DNA of 63,590 nt, filler included, from an uncultured Rhodopirellula sp. (lineage in GTDB: Bacteria > Planctomycetota > Planctomycetia > Pirellulales > Pirellulaceae), in NCBI GenBank assembly GCA_964007735.1. It is 3 parts of 3 records of this genome, joined end to end, with 100 filler letters (N's around TTAATTAATTAA, not from the genome) between each part and the next. Parts side by side here need not be neighbours in the genome. Positions count along the whole stretch, not along the records: positions 26,320 to 52,263 come from CAXGAI010000059.1; 2 more parts are not named here. One strand, given 5' to 3'. Below are positions 31,001-40,509 of the stretch, one piece after another. The notes beneath the pieces were generated by a model. It worked only from the letters and a program-made list of their open reading frames with translations. It was not told the DNA's origin and did no database searches. Position numbers and translations under genes: made by a program. Position 1 is the stretch's first letter. Every line of letters begins with the position of its first letter.

Positions 31001-31282
31001 TTTAGCTGGATCTCCAGGAACAACGAGTGCTATTCCCTCATGCACCTGATAGAGGCTCGCCTTGAGATCTAAACGCAAGTCAGCCTGTTGATTTTCTTTG
31101 TCCGGACCGTGACAGTGATAACACGTGTCAGACAACAACGGTCGTATGTCACGTGCAAAATCAACCGGCGCATCCTCCACAGCTTTCGTTGTAGTTGGAA
31201 TAGAAAGACTAAAGGCCGAGAGCAAAGCAAGGAATAAAGAGTGGAAATTACGAGGCATGGTCATGGGTTGATAAAAACACAA
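28055..31282 (-). CDS. Planctomycete cytochrome c + DUF1549 (PSCyt2) + LamG-like + DUF1553 (PSD1) protein; start may be ATG 31264 or 31258
   Basis: VDFARDIRPLLSDTCYHCHGPD, WLDVARYADT, GCARCHDHKYDP, a LamG-like insert (GEWVHIAFT, GLLDETRFY), NPLTARVIVNRFW and TNTPLQALALLN. Confidence 0.94.
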   Translation of the reverse strand: MCFYQPMTMPRNFHSLFLALLSAFSLSIPTTTKAVEDAPVDFARDIRPLLSDTCYHCHGPDKENQQADLRLDLKASLYQVHEGIALVVPGDPAKSLLFQRITAQDPAERMPPEEAPLTLSEAQIQLIKAWIEQGAVWKDHWAFEPPVKPALPSTFKDPWVANAIDTFVLEKLRQNSILPSTMASKEKLIRRVTLDLTGLPPTQAAVKAFLMDKSPEAYEHVVDRLLKSERYGERMAMQWLDVARYADTNGYQTDGERHMWRWREWVIESFNSNKPFSDFTVEQLAGDLLPDATTDQILATGFNRNHRSNSEGGIVFEEYLVEYAVDRVDTTATVWLGLTMGCARCHDHKYDPISQKEFYEVMAFFNNIPERGRVIKYGNSFPVIKAPTPQMAMQLKDYESKMAGLRQRLDLNATSIQQRMTNLGTKQAPTKPVIHQDLMIRFAWDDTHEQQTYEVEGKAEDYDVINTGEVSKELYQASLRGQAQARYVKGISGQALKLDRSYRVDGGAIIQFAGHQRLTLSTWLKVDEPSSGTIMSMLNPDDRRPQGFSWSLMDNKVQVNFGPRWLDDSVRIRTKRSIPSGEWVHIAFTSDGTQMARGMGIYVNGVRQDVDVLLDIFTGTYKTNPTLVIGAEGEQQHLQGLLDETRFYLRDLGPQELRSLAVVSTPAEIAATEKRTAAQQEKLLHYYLDQVDDSQDGEDYRALRKLESKSRRFLDAIPTSMVMQEKQERGKTHVLIRGQYDNPGEEVSMNVPRSLFRAQQGEVFESRLDLAKWIVGDENPLTARVIVNRFWHQFFGRGIVKTLEDFGSQGAPPTHPHLLDWLAVDFLESGWDVKRLVKLIVMSSTYRQDSTITKEQWSVDPENVWLGRASRLRLPAEILRDQALAVSGLLNGKIGGSSVKPYQPEGLWKEIASQAYDQGSGEDLYRRGMYTFWKRTVPPPTMVTFDASSREICVLSRSRTNTPLQALALLNEISYVEAARNLAQQMMKRESERADRLRWGWRQVTSRQPTDYEMSILSKSLQRSLERYSKDQQAAIELIGFGESTADESLKPHQLAAYTVVASMLLNLDEVINRE

Positions 31283-31396
31283 ATCAGCGAATACCTATAT
31301 CCTAGAATACCAATACAGACGCTTCAAATCAGAAGCAACGGAAATGCCAACTCAAGCTCGACTTTGATGAAGTCACGCCAAAAGACAAATAGAATC

Positions 31397-33229
31397 CTAG
31401 TTATTCTCGAAAAGCTCGGGATCAAATGGCTGAATCAACCAGGGGCCTTCGTTGAACGTTTCCGTGACAGGTTCAGGGTATGTCTTGCCCGTGAGTTTGT
31501 TCAGCGCCCAAATCGAACCTGTATACAAGGGGCTAAAACTTGGCACTCCCTGTCGCGTTGTTTGCTCGCGATAAAGCTCCAAAGCATCAATTGTCGCTTC
31601 ATTGCTTGAACCAATACGAGCCAAGCCAATGGCACACATGCGTTTTACGAGATTATCTTCGGGAGGAATCGGAGCCTCATCCGTTAAGCGAGTGAGGAAC
31701 AGGTCCTGTAGTCCTGAAGCTCCTTCTAAATCGTCTTCCCAAATCTTGCCCAATGCCCATCCGGCGGAAGCACGAACCCTAAATCTCAGCTGTTCGACTT
31801 TCTTGGTGAACTGCATCAGGAGCGGAGTTGCCGGCTTATACTTCATTTGCCCAAACATCTGATAGAGATGTGCAAACTGCTCGTTGATCTCATATTGCAA
31901 TTCACGAGGAAGAGTTTCTTTCAGAAAGTCGTTTTTGCGTGACTCACAATAAGCAAGGATCTGAGGCAGTGTTTCCGGCACCGCCAAACGTCTCAATGCC
32001 CAGCTGGCGGTCACCAACACTTCGGCACGATCGCTCCGAAGAAGCTTTAAAGCAACTGGAGTCAAATGTTTTTGCTCTAACTGAACCGCTAGATGCATTC
32101 CCTGTTCCTGCAATCTCCAGGATTGTGCCTTCACCGCACTTTCAGTAATCTCCAAAACACCGGGAAGCAAAGCATCCTGCTCCGCAAATTCGACTAGCCA
32201 CTTTTGGACCTGAACACGAATTCCGGGATCGACATCATCCAGATAGCTTCCCAGTGTGACGAGAGTCTCAGCGGTAACAATCTCTCGCAATGCGCTGACA
32301 TAGGCATTACGAGCGCGTGGATTTTGATGATCTGCGAGCACATGAGCCAATTCAACAACAGCAGGCTTATTCCACTGTCGCAAAGCATCCGCTGCGATTC
32401 CAGCAGCGACATAAGCCGAGGAAGCACATAATTCTTTTAGGACTTGTAACGCCTGAGCTTGACTCGATTCAACTGGAATAGGTGAAGCGAGATTAGCAGC
32501 GACAATGAGATCCGCCGTGGTCCCATTTGAAAGGTCTGCTGCCTCAACCAAATAAGGGACTTCTGAATACATCGCAACGGACTGTGCCGCATCAATACGC
32601 AAGGAATTACTATTAGCCGAATTTCTGCTGAATTCGACAAGTAACTTTCGATCTTCATCACTACCAAGTGCGGCCAAGCCATTAAAAGCCAAACGCAAAA
32701 GTGTCCCTGATCTCGGAGATTCAACTCGTCCTCGCCAAATATCGACCAATTCCACTGCTTGCCATTTGACGAGAGCAGATTCGGTAATAACAGACATCTC
32801 ATATTCGCCATTTTTAATACCCGAGATGAATACCTCTTTGGCCTTAGAGGCGTCAAGTAGCGTAAGAACGGATGCTGCCGTATAGCGAATTGTCTTTGAA
32901 GTCTCGGGGTCTGCCACGACGGCGATTAAGGGATCAATAGCAACTTCCAGTCCCGGGATATTTTTCTGAGCTGCCAAACGCAATGTTTGAACCGCATCAA
33001 TTCGAATTTCGTTATCTTCCGATGCCAAAGCATCAAGCCATGTCGAAATCAAGTTTTCACCAACCACCAGCGTCTTATACTCCTGCGGCATGACTGGATC
33101 GGCGAACATTGGCCAATCTTCTTTGATGATATTTTCCTGTGCCTGCAACGACGAACCTAATAACCCGACGAAGATAATAAGCAACAACAGTATTTGGTTG
33201 ATTCGAATTAACATGAATCCAATTCTCAA
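31397..33229 (-). CDS. Exported HEAT/ARM-repeat protein
   Basis: Signal peptide and repeated 'IRIDAVQTL', 'IRYTAASVL', 'LRIDAAQSV', 'VRASAGWALG' helices. Confidence 0.75.
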   Translation of the reverse strand: MRIGFMLIRINQILLLLIIFVGLLGSSLQAQENIIKEDWPMFADPVMPQEYKTLVVGENLISTWLDALASEDNEIRIDAVQTLRLAAQKNIPGLEVAIDPLIAVVADPETSKTIRYTAASVLTLLDASKAKEVFISGIKNGEYEMSVITESALVKWQAVELVDIWRGRVESPRSGTLLRLAFNGLAALGSDEDRKLLVEFSRNSANSNSLRIDAAQSVAMYSEVPYLVEAADLSNGTTADLIVAANLASPIPVESSQAQALQVLKELCASSAYVAAGIAADALRQWNKPAVVELAHVLADHQNPRARNAYVSALREIVTAETLVTLGSYLDDVDPGIRVQVQKWLVEFAEQDALLPGVLEITESAVKAQSWRLQEQGMHLAVQLEQKHLTPVALKLLRSDRAEVLVTASWALRRLAVPETLPQILAYCESRKNDFLKETLPRELQYEINEQFAHLYQMFGQMKYKPATPLLMQFTKKVEQLRFRVRASAGWALGKIWEDDLEGASGLQDLFLTRLTDEAPIPPEDNLVKRMCAIGLARIGSSNEATIDALELYREQTTRQGVPSFSPLYTGSIWALNKLTGKTYPEPVTETFNEGPWLIQPFDPELFENN

Positions 33230-33246
33230 TGACTAAACTAAATTCG

Positions 33247-35016
33247 CTATTGTGGTTTGGTGAGCAATCTCACACGAATATATAAAATCAAAAAACAGAC
33301 AAATGAAATGCCAGCGGTGACAATCCAATTCCAGGACATTGGAATCGAGACACGTTGCACTCCCATCGCTTCAAGCGGCACACTAACCGCAGGCCACAGG
33401 TCATTCAACTCAGCTTTCCACATCACTTGTGGGGCAAGCAATTGAAACTCTGCGGCATCAAAACCGGGGGTGCCCATAATTGTCAGAGCTGTCGCCAGTG
33501 GGTTGACTACCAATGCTTTTTCAACGGTTTCGACATTGAAAGGGGCGCCTTTTCCGAGCCAGAACAGGAACGTGCCTGCAAAGATCATGATAACGATTGA
33601 GAACGAGACGGCTGTTGCTGTTGCCGTTGCCCGGAACAAACTGCTAACCAATGCGCTAATAGCTAAGACCAAAATACAGGTCATCAACAAACAGACGCAT
33701 ACCTGCCAAATTTGAGTGACTAAGGTGAAGTCAATCACCATCAACACGACATACCCCGGCAACGTCGCTAAAACGATCAGAAATATCGTCACTGCCACAC
33801 TCAGTAGCTTACCGACCAGGATTCTTCGTGAGTTCACCGGGGTTAGTAATAAGAGTCGCCAACTTCCTGATTCCAGTTCTGAACTTATCAATCCTGAAGC
33901 CAAACTTGGTGTAATAATGACCACCAGCCCAACTTGCAGAACGACCATAATACCGCCAATAATATCGACACCCCACTGCTCGGTATAAACCGTCGATTGA
34001 ATTGCCAGAAACAACGAGGTCACCACACAGACCACCATCGTTCGAATGATCCAGTGCACGCGTCCGAACCTTCGACTACGAAATTCCTTGATCAGTACAG
34101 GATTCACATATCCGGGAATTAAAGGCGACCGTTTCTTAGGGTCCATGCCCATATACAGAATCATACGAAACCGCTGCGCAAACTTACTCATTTGGTGAGT
34201 CATTACACCAGCACTTCTTGCTCGGTCAAGAATACGACGATTCAATTGCACCAAAGCCACAGAGATAAAGATCACCGTCAGGGACAATGAAAGGATGACA
34301 TAGTTTAAGATTGAGTTGATGTTTGTATCCATTCCCTGAGCACCAACATCACGATGCCCGATAATATCCATCACAGGTGGCAACGGAGAAATACAACGTA
34401 ACCAACTAGCAATTGACGACAAGCTTCCCGTCGCTCCCTGAAGGAAAAGATGAGGTCCGAGAACTACAACGGACATAAAAAGTACCATGCCGTACGTAAT
34501 TTTGAGGGCACTATCGATTGAACCTGCGAGGCAACTAACCATCAGCCCCATCGTTGAATACTGCAAAGCTGCTAGTAACAGAACCCCATATAAGGGCAAG
34601 ACTTGCTGTTGCATCGAGATACCGCCCATCACGAAACAGGCTGCAAGCGACGGGACACTTAGAATCAACAACTGCATGACAAACATCATGACGCCCGTCA
34701 GTTTTCCGAAATAGATCTCGGTTGGTTTCATCGGTGAATTCAACAGTAGAGCCAAGGTCCCGCTGTTTCGCTCACGAATAACTGAGGTCGCCGGAAATAC
34801 CGGCACCAAAAAAATCAGTGCTGTCAAAATTCCATAAGAAAACAACTTAAAAACCTGCATGGACTTCACACCGGTCACGTCGGCAATCGGGTCGACAGGC
34901 CAACGAAGTAGTAATAGCAAAGCAAACAGTATCACCAAGGATGCTTGAATCACAATTGCCTTGCGAGTTCGCATCATCCCGATGAGTTCACGTTGTACGA
35001 TTGGGTTCTGTAACAT
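33247..35016 (-). CDS. ABC-2 type exporter permease with two tandem permease halves
   Basis: NPIVQREL...ERNSGTLALLL...GKL and a second NPVLIKEF...ELESGSWRLLLLTP...GKL, with many TM helices. Confidence 0.88.
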   Translation of the reverse strand: MLQNPIVQRELIGMMRTRKAIVIQASLVILFALLLLLRWPVDPIADVTGVKSMQVFKLFSYGILTALIFLVPVFPATSVIRERNSGTLALLLNSPMKPTEIYFGKLTGVMMFVMQLLILSVPSLAACFVMGGISMQQQVLPLYGVLLLAALQYSTMGLMVSCLAGSIDSALKITYGMVLFMSVVVLGPHLFLQGATGSLSSIASWLRCISPLPPVMDIIGHRDVGAQGMDTNINSILNYVILSLSLTVIFISVALVQLNRRILDRARSAGVMTHQMSKFAQRFRMILYMGMDPKKRSPLIPGYVNPVLIKEFRSRRFGRVHWIIRTMVVCVVTSLFLAIQSTVYTEQWGVDIIGGIMVVLQVGLVVIITPSLASGLISSELESGSWRLLLLTPVNSRRILVGKLLSVAVTIFLIVLATLPGYVVLMVIDFTLVTQIWQVCVCLLMTCILVLAISALVSSLFRATATATAVSFSIVIMIFAGTFLFWLGKGAPFNVETVEKALVVNPLATALTIMGTPGFDAAEFQLLAPQVMWKAELNDLWPAVSVPLEAMGVQRVSIPMSWNWIVTAGISFVCFLILYIRVRLLTKPQ

Positions 35017-35041
35017 TTTAATTCGCTCTTAAGTGCCTTTC

Positions 35042-36001
35042 TTAAACCATCTTCGCACGGTCTTCTTTAGTTACCGTGAGGAAGGCATCTTCGAGGTCGG
35101 TTTGAACTTCATGGAACTGAGCCACTGGAACGTTTGCTGAAACCAATGAATTGAGGAGATTCGCCATCGCTTGATCGGTAAGGTTTGCCCGGAAGCGAAT
35201 CAATTCTTCCGTCTTACTTCCCGCAATTTCGGCAATATCTGAATGGTTACGAACGATTTCCTGTGCTTGGTCAATACGCTCATCGCCGTCGAGGTGAATT
35301 TCCACCATACGCATCTGGCCCAATTGTTCGTTGATCTCGGCCATGGTTCCTGACGCTCGCAACTTACCACCACTGATGATCGCAATCTCATCACAAATAC
35401 GTGACAGCTCCGGCAAAATATGACTCGTTACGATTAAGGTTTTGCCTAGGTCAGCCAGACGCAATAGTAAGTCACGCATTTCAATACGCGCTTCTGGATC
35501 AAGACCATTAGCAGGTTCGTCAAAGATCAGAACTTCCGGGTCATGCAGTAACGTTCGGGCAATTCCGACTCGTTGCTGCATTCCGTGACTAAGCGCTTCA
35601 ACATATCGATCCTGCATGTAGGTAGCACGAGTGATCTCAAGTACTTCCTGAATACGCGCTTTACGTTCTTTCTTCGGAATTTTGAAGGCAGCCCCGAAGA
35701 AATCCAGATACTCTCGAACACGCATATTAGGGTAAGGACCAAACTTATCAGGCATATAACCCACGAGCTTCTTAATCTGGTGAGACTCCGTAACGCAGTC
35801 TGCCCCGGCAATCGTAGCGCGTCCTGAGGTAGGTCTTGCCAGACCTACCAATATTTTGATGGTCGTTGTCTTACCAGCACCGTTCGGGCCAATAAACCCA
35901 AGGATACGGCCACGTTCGACAGTCATCGACAATTGGTCAACGGCTGTGAACTCGCCAAATTTCTTGGTCATCTTATCTATAACTACAACACTATCACTCA
36001 T
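35042..36001 (-). CDS. ABC transporter ATP-binding protein (ABC-2/DrrA-like)
   Basis: GPNGAGKTT, LSHGMQQR, LIFDEP and SHILPEL. Confidence 0.97.
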   Translation of the reverse strand: MSDSVVVIDKMTKKFGEFTAVDQLSMTVERGRILGFIGPNGAGKTTTIKILVGLARPTSGRATIAGADCVTESHQIKKLVGYMPDKFGPYPNMRVREYLDFFGAAFKIPKKERKARIQEVLEITRATYMQDRYVEALSHGMQQRVGIARTLLHDPEVLIFDEPANGLDPEARIEMRDLLLRLADLGKTLIVTSHILPELSRICDEIAIISGGKLRASGTMAEINEQLGQMRMVEIHLDGDERIDQAQEIVRNHSDIAEIAGSKTEELIRFRANLTDQAMANLLNSLVSANVPVAQFHEVQTDLEDAFLTVTKEDRAKMV

Positions 36002-36062
36002 CGTATGTTGTCACTCCAAAGTCGTTACGACTTAGTCCTTTATTGTTTTTATCTGCTGAACC

Positions 36063-38831
36063 TTAAGGATTGGCATTTACTGTACCTTCAAGAGATACAT
36101 CCACATCATTAATCTGCCAAAAATAATCTTTCTCACGCTCAGCTTGGGCAGTTTCCGTTTCCCCTGGAATTGGGTCCAATCCAATATTAATTCCAAGGAA
36201 GATGAATCCATTCTCATCAATTGCCAGATGCTCCGGATTATTAAACACAAATTCTTCCTGTCCGTTAGGGCTTTTACGAGTATCAAGAATCTGAGGTTGA
36301 TATAACCCCTGTTCTCCAAGTACTCGACCTACCGAATTAATCACTCGTTCGCCCGCCTGAATATCGACGGTGACAATGGCTTTCGTAATCGTGGCTGGCA
36401 TCACCATTGATGGCACTTTGACTTTCAACCACATTTGATGAGAACGGTTAATTTTCTCGTCATTCCATTGATCTTTCGTAAAGTCATAAGCGTACGAGGC
36501 ACCTATCCCATTAATCGCATTGCTGGGATATAACGATGTCAGAATCGAAGGCACAAAGAATTTCTGCCCCGGGGGTGTCTTGCTAATCTTTAACGGCAGT
36601 ACCGTCAAAGCTGAACCAATGATCTTTTGCTCGCCAGGAAATTCAATCCCTAAATCCAGAGGGTCACTCCAAACAAAGAGTGAAGGTGCTTGAGGGTACT
36701 TCATCACATCTGCATTCTCTCGTCTGAGGAGGGCGTTGATGAAATTAATACGGCTTTCAGTTTCTTCATTTACAATGCTCGTCGTCGTGTCAAACTGCGA
36801 ATCAGCAAGTTCCTGAGACCCCACAATCAAATTCCCATCCACGAACTGGACGGCCACGCGCTCGCCAGATGGGCTTACCAACAAACCATGCTCCGGATTA
36901 GTCAAAGGTCCCAGTTCATAACTTCCCTCGAGTCCTGCTTCACCAAAGGAAGCGGTAGCAAATACCGGATTGTCCGAAGAAACAGTCTTTTCAAATGGAA
37001 ACGTACGAACGGTACCACCGGGAATCGTCAATCCTTCCCAGTGCCATGACTCCAGATCGTCCCATACCATACGAATATTCTGGCCCGTTAATTCTTCGAT
37101 ATCAGGCCAAAAGATTGTCCCGTTAGATACCTGAATATTCTCATCGACGGATTCTTCACTATAAACGGCTCCAAATCCTCGGACGGGAAGTTCACGAGTT
37201 TGGTTTTCAGCGTTGACAAACTGAATCGAGGCCAGCAGGTTCTCCAGAGTATGCCGTTTTGCCGAACCTACAAAATACAGGTATGAACAAACAAACAGCA
37301 CTAGCACCGGAGCAACTACAAGCATCAACTCAAGACGACCTTTTCGATGAAGTACAACACCAGTGCCACAAAGGAGAATAAAGAAAAGACCAAAAACAAC
37401 GGCGATATGCTCACGAGCAACGATCTCGAACCCAACCTTGGATACCAGATAATCCCTCATTTCATCGACACGACTTGTGCCTTGATATGTTTTCATGGCC
37501 AATCGCATGTCTTGAGCGGCGTCTGATTCATCACCCGGCTCCGGAGTCATGGCCTCAAGTTCGGCTTTCGTCACTGAGACATCCGTCATGGCTTTTTCAG
37601 TGGGTGAAAAAAAGCGTAGAGCTAAATCCTGTAATGGAAGCAAAGGCAGCAATTCATAGGCCGTAGAGAACGGTTTGGGAAGAGTAAGCCCTCGAGCTTC
37701 AAGGGTCGTAAACAGGATTTCACCGTTTCCATACTTTTTCCAGAACGAGGAGGGCATACCATTTATTTCATGGTAGACTTCGACATCTTCTGCATAAACA
37801 ATCGCATTTCGAACCGGCTTATCATAGTCAAACAGAAGTGGTTCCTGACCAGAGTGTTTCGAAATAATCTCCACACGCGACAGATGTTCTGTTCCTAAAC
37901 CTGTAACACTAAGAAAATCTCCAAAGAGTCGCTGGGGTAATTCAACACCGGTCTCATCGAGCATGATCCATAAGCGTCCACCATTGGCGACCCACTGACG
38001 AATCGTGGCCATCAAAGCCACATCATAAATCACTCGTTTATCAGCCAACACCAATTGATCTAATGCATCGAGTGCGGTGGAGGTTGCAGGGATTTCAGTG
38101 CCCTGTGGCACAAATACAGCGATACCAGATTCCTGTTCACTCTTGATTGCCTTGATCATTCTTAACGATTCACTGTCAATCATTTCGACATCCACCCCAA
38201 CATTCGTCAGACGAAGATAGTTTTCAAGCAAATCTTTAGGGTCCGGAGCCATAAAACCAAGCGCAGGCTTGTTGAAATCAGTCGTGAGTTGGGCCAGGTC
38301 CAAAGGCGTCTTCAGCGGGCTAAGAACTGCCACTTCACGGCCATCAACGATACGAGTGATACGGGAATTCAATTCCAAACTACCAAGCTTCAATCGTTTT
38401 TGACTCAATTCATGATCTGGAATTCTAATCGGGTAGGAAACGACTCGCACGGTCTTCGGAGGCACCGTAAAATTCCGGGTAAACTGAATCGCATTCGTAG
38501 TTAAATCTTCTGTTTTCCAATTCGCCCGAATTGTCAGTTTGTGTGATTGATCTGTTGGATTCCAAACTTCACAGGAAATAATTCCCCACCTCCGGGGTAC
38601 ATAAGCCGAGAAACCTGACTGTACGGCGATGCGCTGAACGACAGGCTCATTCAACGATTTACGCTCTTCTCCCGGATCAACTAGCTCACTTCCCTGTCCC
38701 GTCACTACCGACGGTTCTGACCGTTCCGGCGGCTGGGCCATGACAGGAAGTGCCAATATGACCAGTAGTGACAGCACACTCAGATTGCGAGCAACGAAGC
38801 GATTAAACAATACGCCTGAGAGAGTTGACAT
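36063..38831 (-). CDS. Hypothetical exported/membrane protein with a GATase-like domain and a central TM hairpin
   Basis: Signal peptide, LDALDQLVLAD...IRQWVANGGRLWI...YGNGEILF pattern, and two TM helices near residues 475-520. Confidence 0.6.
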   Translation of the reverse strand: MSTLSGVLFNRFVARNLSVLSLLVILALPVMAQPPERSEPSVVTGQGSELVDPGEERKSLNEPVVQRIAVQSGFSAYVPRRWGIISCEVWNPTDQSHKLTIRANWKTEDLTTNAIQFTRNFTVPPKTVRVVSYPIRIPDHELSQKRLKLGSLELNSRITRIVDGREVAVLSPLKTPLDLAQLTTDFNKPALGFMAPDPKDLLENYLRLTNVGVDVEMIDSESLRMIKAIKSEQESGIAVFVPQGTEIPATSTALDALDQLVLADKRVIYDVALMATIRQWVANGGRLWIMLDETGVELPQRLFGDFLSVTGLGTEHLSRVEIISKHSGQEPLLFDYDKPVRNAIVYAEDVEVYHEINGMPSSFWKKYGNGEILFTTLEARGLTLPKPFSTAYELLPLLPLQDLALRFFSPTEKAMTDVSVTKAELEAMTPEPGDESDAAQDMRLAMKTYQGTSRVDEMRDYLVSKVGFEIVAREHIAVVFGLFFILLCGTGVVLHRKGRLELMLVVAPVLVLFVCSYLYFVGSAKRHTLENLLASIQFVNAENQTRELPVRGFGAVYSEESVDENIQVSNGTIFWPDIEELTGQNIRMVWDDLESWHWEGLTIPGGTVRTFPFEKTVSSDNPVFATASFGEAGLEGSYELGPLTNPEHGLLVSPSGERVAVQFVDGNLIVGSQELADSQFDTTTSIVNEETESRINFINALLRRENADVMKYPQAPSLFVWSDPLDLGIEFPGEQKIIGSALTVLPLKISKTPPGQKFFVPSILTSLYPSNAINGIGASYAYDFTKDQWNDEKINRSHQMWLKVKVPSMVMPATITKAIVTVDIQAGERVINSVGRVLGEQGLYQPQILDTRKSPNGQEEFVFNNPEHLAIDENGFIFLGINIGLDPIPGETETAQAEREKDYFWQINDVDVSLEGTVNANP

Positions 38832-38900
38832 AAAAGATTCCGCCTTTTAGATCGGGCACTTAGATTGACGAGTCCGGACTCGTGTTAATAATTCTTCTGC

Positions 38901-40259
38901 TTACTCTGTGATCACAACCTTAGGGAGATTGTCGCGAATCAACTGTTTCCCAGAACCACCCAAACTGCTGCAAAACTCAACATACAAGTCCTCCAACTCT
39001 TTAAGTGTAAACAAATGGCTCACTCCGTCGTCGGTGATTTGAGTGGCACTCAAAACCAACGATTTTAATCCTGTTAGCTTTCCAATATGCACCAGACCGG
39101 CATCTGAAACAGACGTTTGATCAAGGTTTAGCTTTGTCAAACCCGACAACTGAGTAAGATGTGCCAACCCAGCATCTGTCACCTGAGTAGCCCACAAGTT
39201 TAGATCGGTCAGTGACGTCAATTCTTTGAGGCTTACAAGACCATCGTCACCAACCTGAGATTCACTCAAGTCTAAACGACTAAGAGATTTCATACCAGCC
39301 AATGCCGCCATACCTTCGGAGCCTACCAAAGTACCACGAACTTTGAGGTACTTCATTTTCTTGAGTCCCGCCAAATGCTGCATTCCTTCACTGGTAATTG
39401 CGGTCTGATACATTTCGAGATTTTGCAAATTCTTAAGCTGCCCGATACTCTGGAGTCCTTTATCTCCAACGCGAGTATCATCTAATCCGAGATGAACGAG
39501 ATTGGTTAAGCCAGTGATATGTGCCATACCTGCATCGGTGATTTGTGACCCCCAAACTCGCAAGAATTTCAGTGCCTTCATTCCGGCAACGTGTTTCAGA
39601 CCAGCGTCAGAAACATTGATACACTCTTTCAGGTCAAGAAGGACAATATCTTTGCGGTCGCTCAAATAAGCCAGACCGTCATCAGAAATTTTGCATCGCA
39701 CCAACTTGAATCGTTTAAGATTCTCGATACCAAGCAGCGTTTTTAAGCCGACATCCGTAACATCCGTTCTCTGAAGATTGATTTCATTAAGGCTAGTAAC
39801 TTCGAGCAAAGTCTCCATTCCCGAATCCGAAACTCGAGTTTCACCCAGATCTAGTGACTGAAGGGACTTGAGCTCTTTCAGATGCACAAGATCTTCATCG
39901 CTAATATCAGCACCATTGAGAACCAATTTCTCTGTATTTGGGACACCCTTTAATACACTCAGATCAACCTTTTCACCAAAAGCTCCACCAAAATCGACGG
40001 TCACAATAAAGCCGTCTTCGTCAGTGAAGACTTCTCCATACATATCTTCAATTTTAGTAATCGCTTCCCTATCGTCTTCCTGTTTAGCTACAACAACAGG
40101 TTCTTCAATCAGAGGATCTTCGCGCGAATCCTCTTCTTCGGGCTCTACTAAGGCAACGGCTTCACCCCGATCACTTTTTTCATTCTCAGCAGAACAGCCA
40201 ATAAACAGAGTGGCACTCAGAAACAAACTAAAAATCAAAGTAAAGCGAGTCAAACTCAT
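38901..40259 (-). CDS. Leucine-rich repeat lipoprotein
   Basis: Lipobox LFIG-C, an acidic linker, and about 13 repeats of roughly 24 aa (LxxLxxLxLxxTxVTDxGLxHL). Confidence 0.92.
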   Translation of the reverse strand: MSLTRFTLIFSLFLSATLFIGCSAENEKSDRGEAVALVEPEEEDSREDPLIEEPVVVAKQEDDREAITKIEDMYGEVFTDEDGFIVTVDFGGAFGEKVDLSVLKGVPNTEKLVLNGADISDEDLVHLKELKSLQSLDLGETRVSDSGMETLLEVTSLNEINLQRTDVTDVGLKTLLGIENLKRFKLVRCKISDDGLAYLSDRKDIVLLDLKECINVSDAGLKHVAGMKALKFLRVWGSQITDAGMAHITGLTNLVHLGLDDTRVGDKGLQSIGQLKNLQNLEMYQTAITSEGMQHLAGLKKMKYLKVRGTLVGSEGMAALAGMKSLSRLDLSESQVGDDGLVSLKELTSLTDLNLWATQVTDAGLAHLTQLSGLTKLNLDQTSVSDAGLVHIGKLTGLKSLVLSATQITDDGVSHLFTLKELEDLYVEFCSSLGGSGKQLIRDNLPKVVITE

Positions 40260-40509
40260 CTAAACGAATTCCTCTACGGTTTTATCAAGCCTAATGAAAT
40301 AGGCAGCGGTCATCACTCTCACTCTGTCTCTTTCAGGCAGAAAACAACCACATCCTATATAGGTATATGCTGTATGAGCGCTAATAGTTCAGGTTAATCG
40401 AGAAGTGTCACTTTCACAATGACAAGAACGCTGACCGTAGGTATATATAAAGAAGTGAAATTATTGGTATATACCCCCATAGCAAATAACCCGAACGAGT
40501 ACAGTTCTC

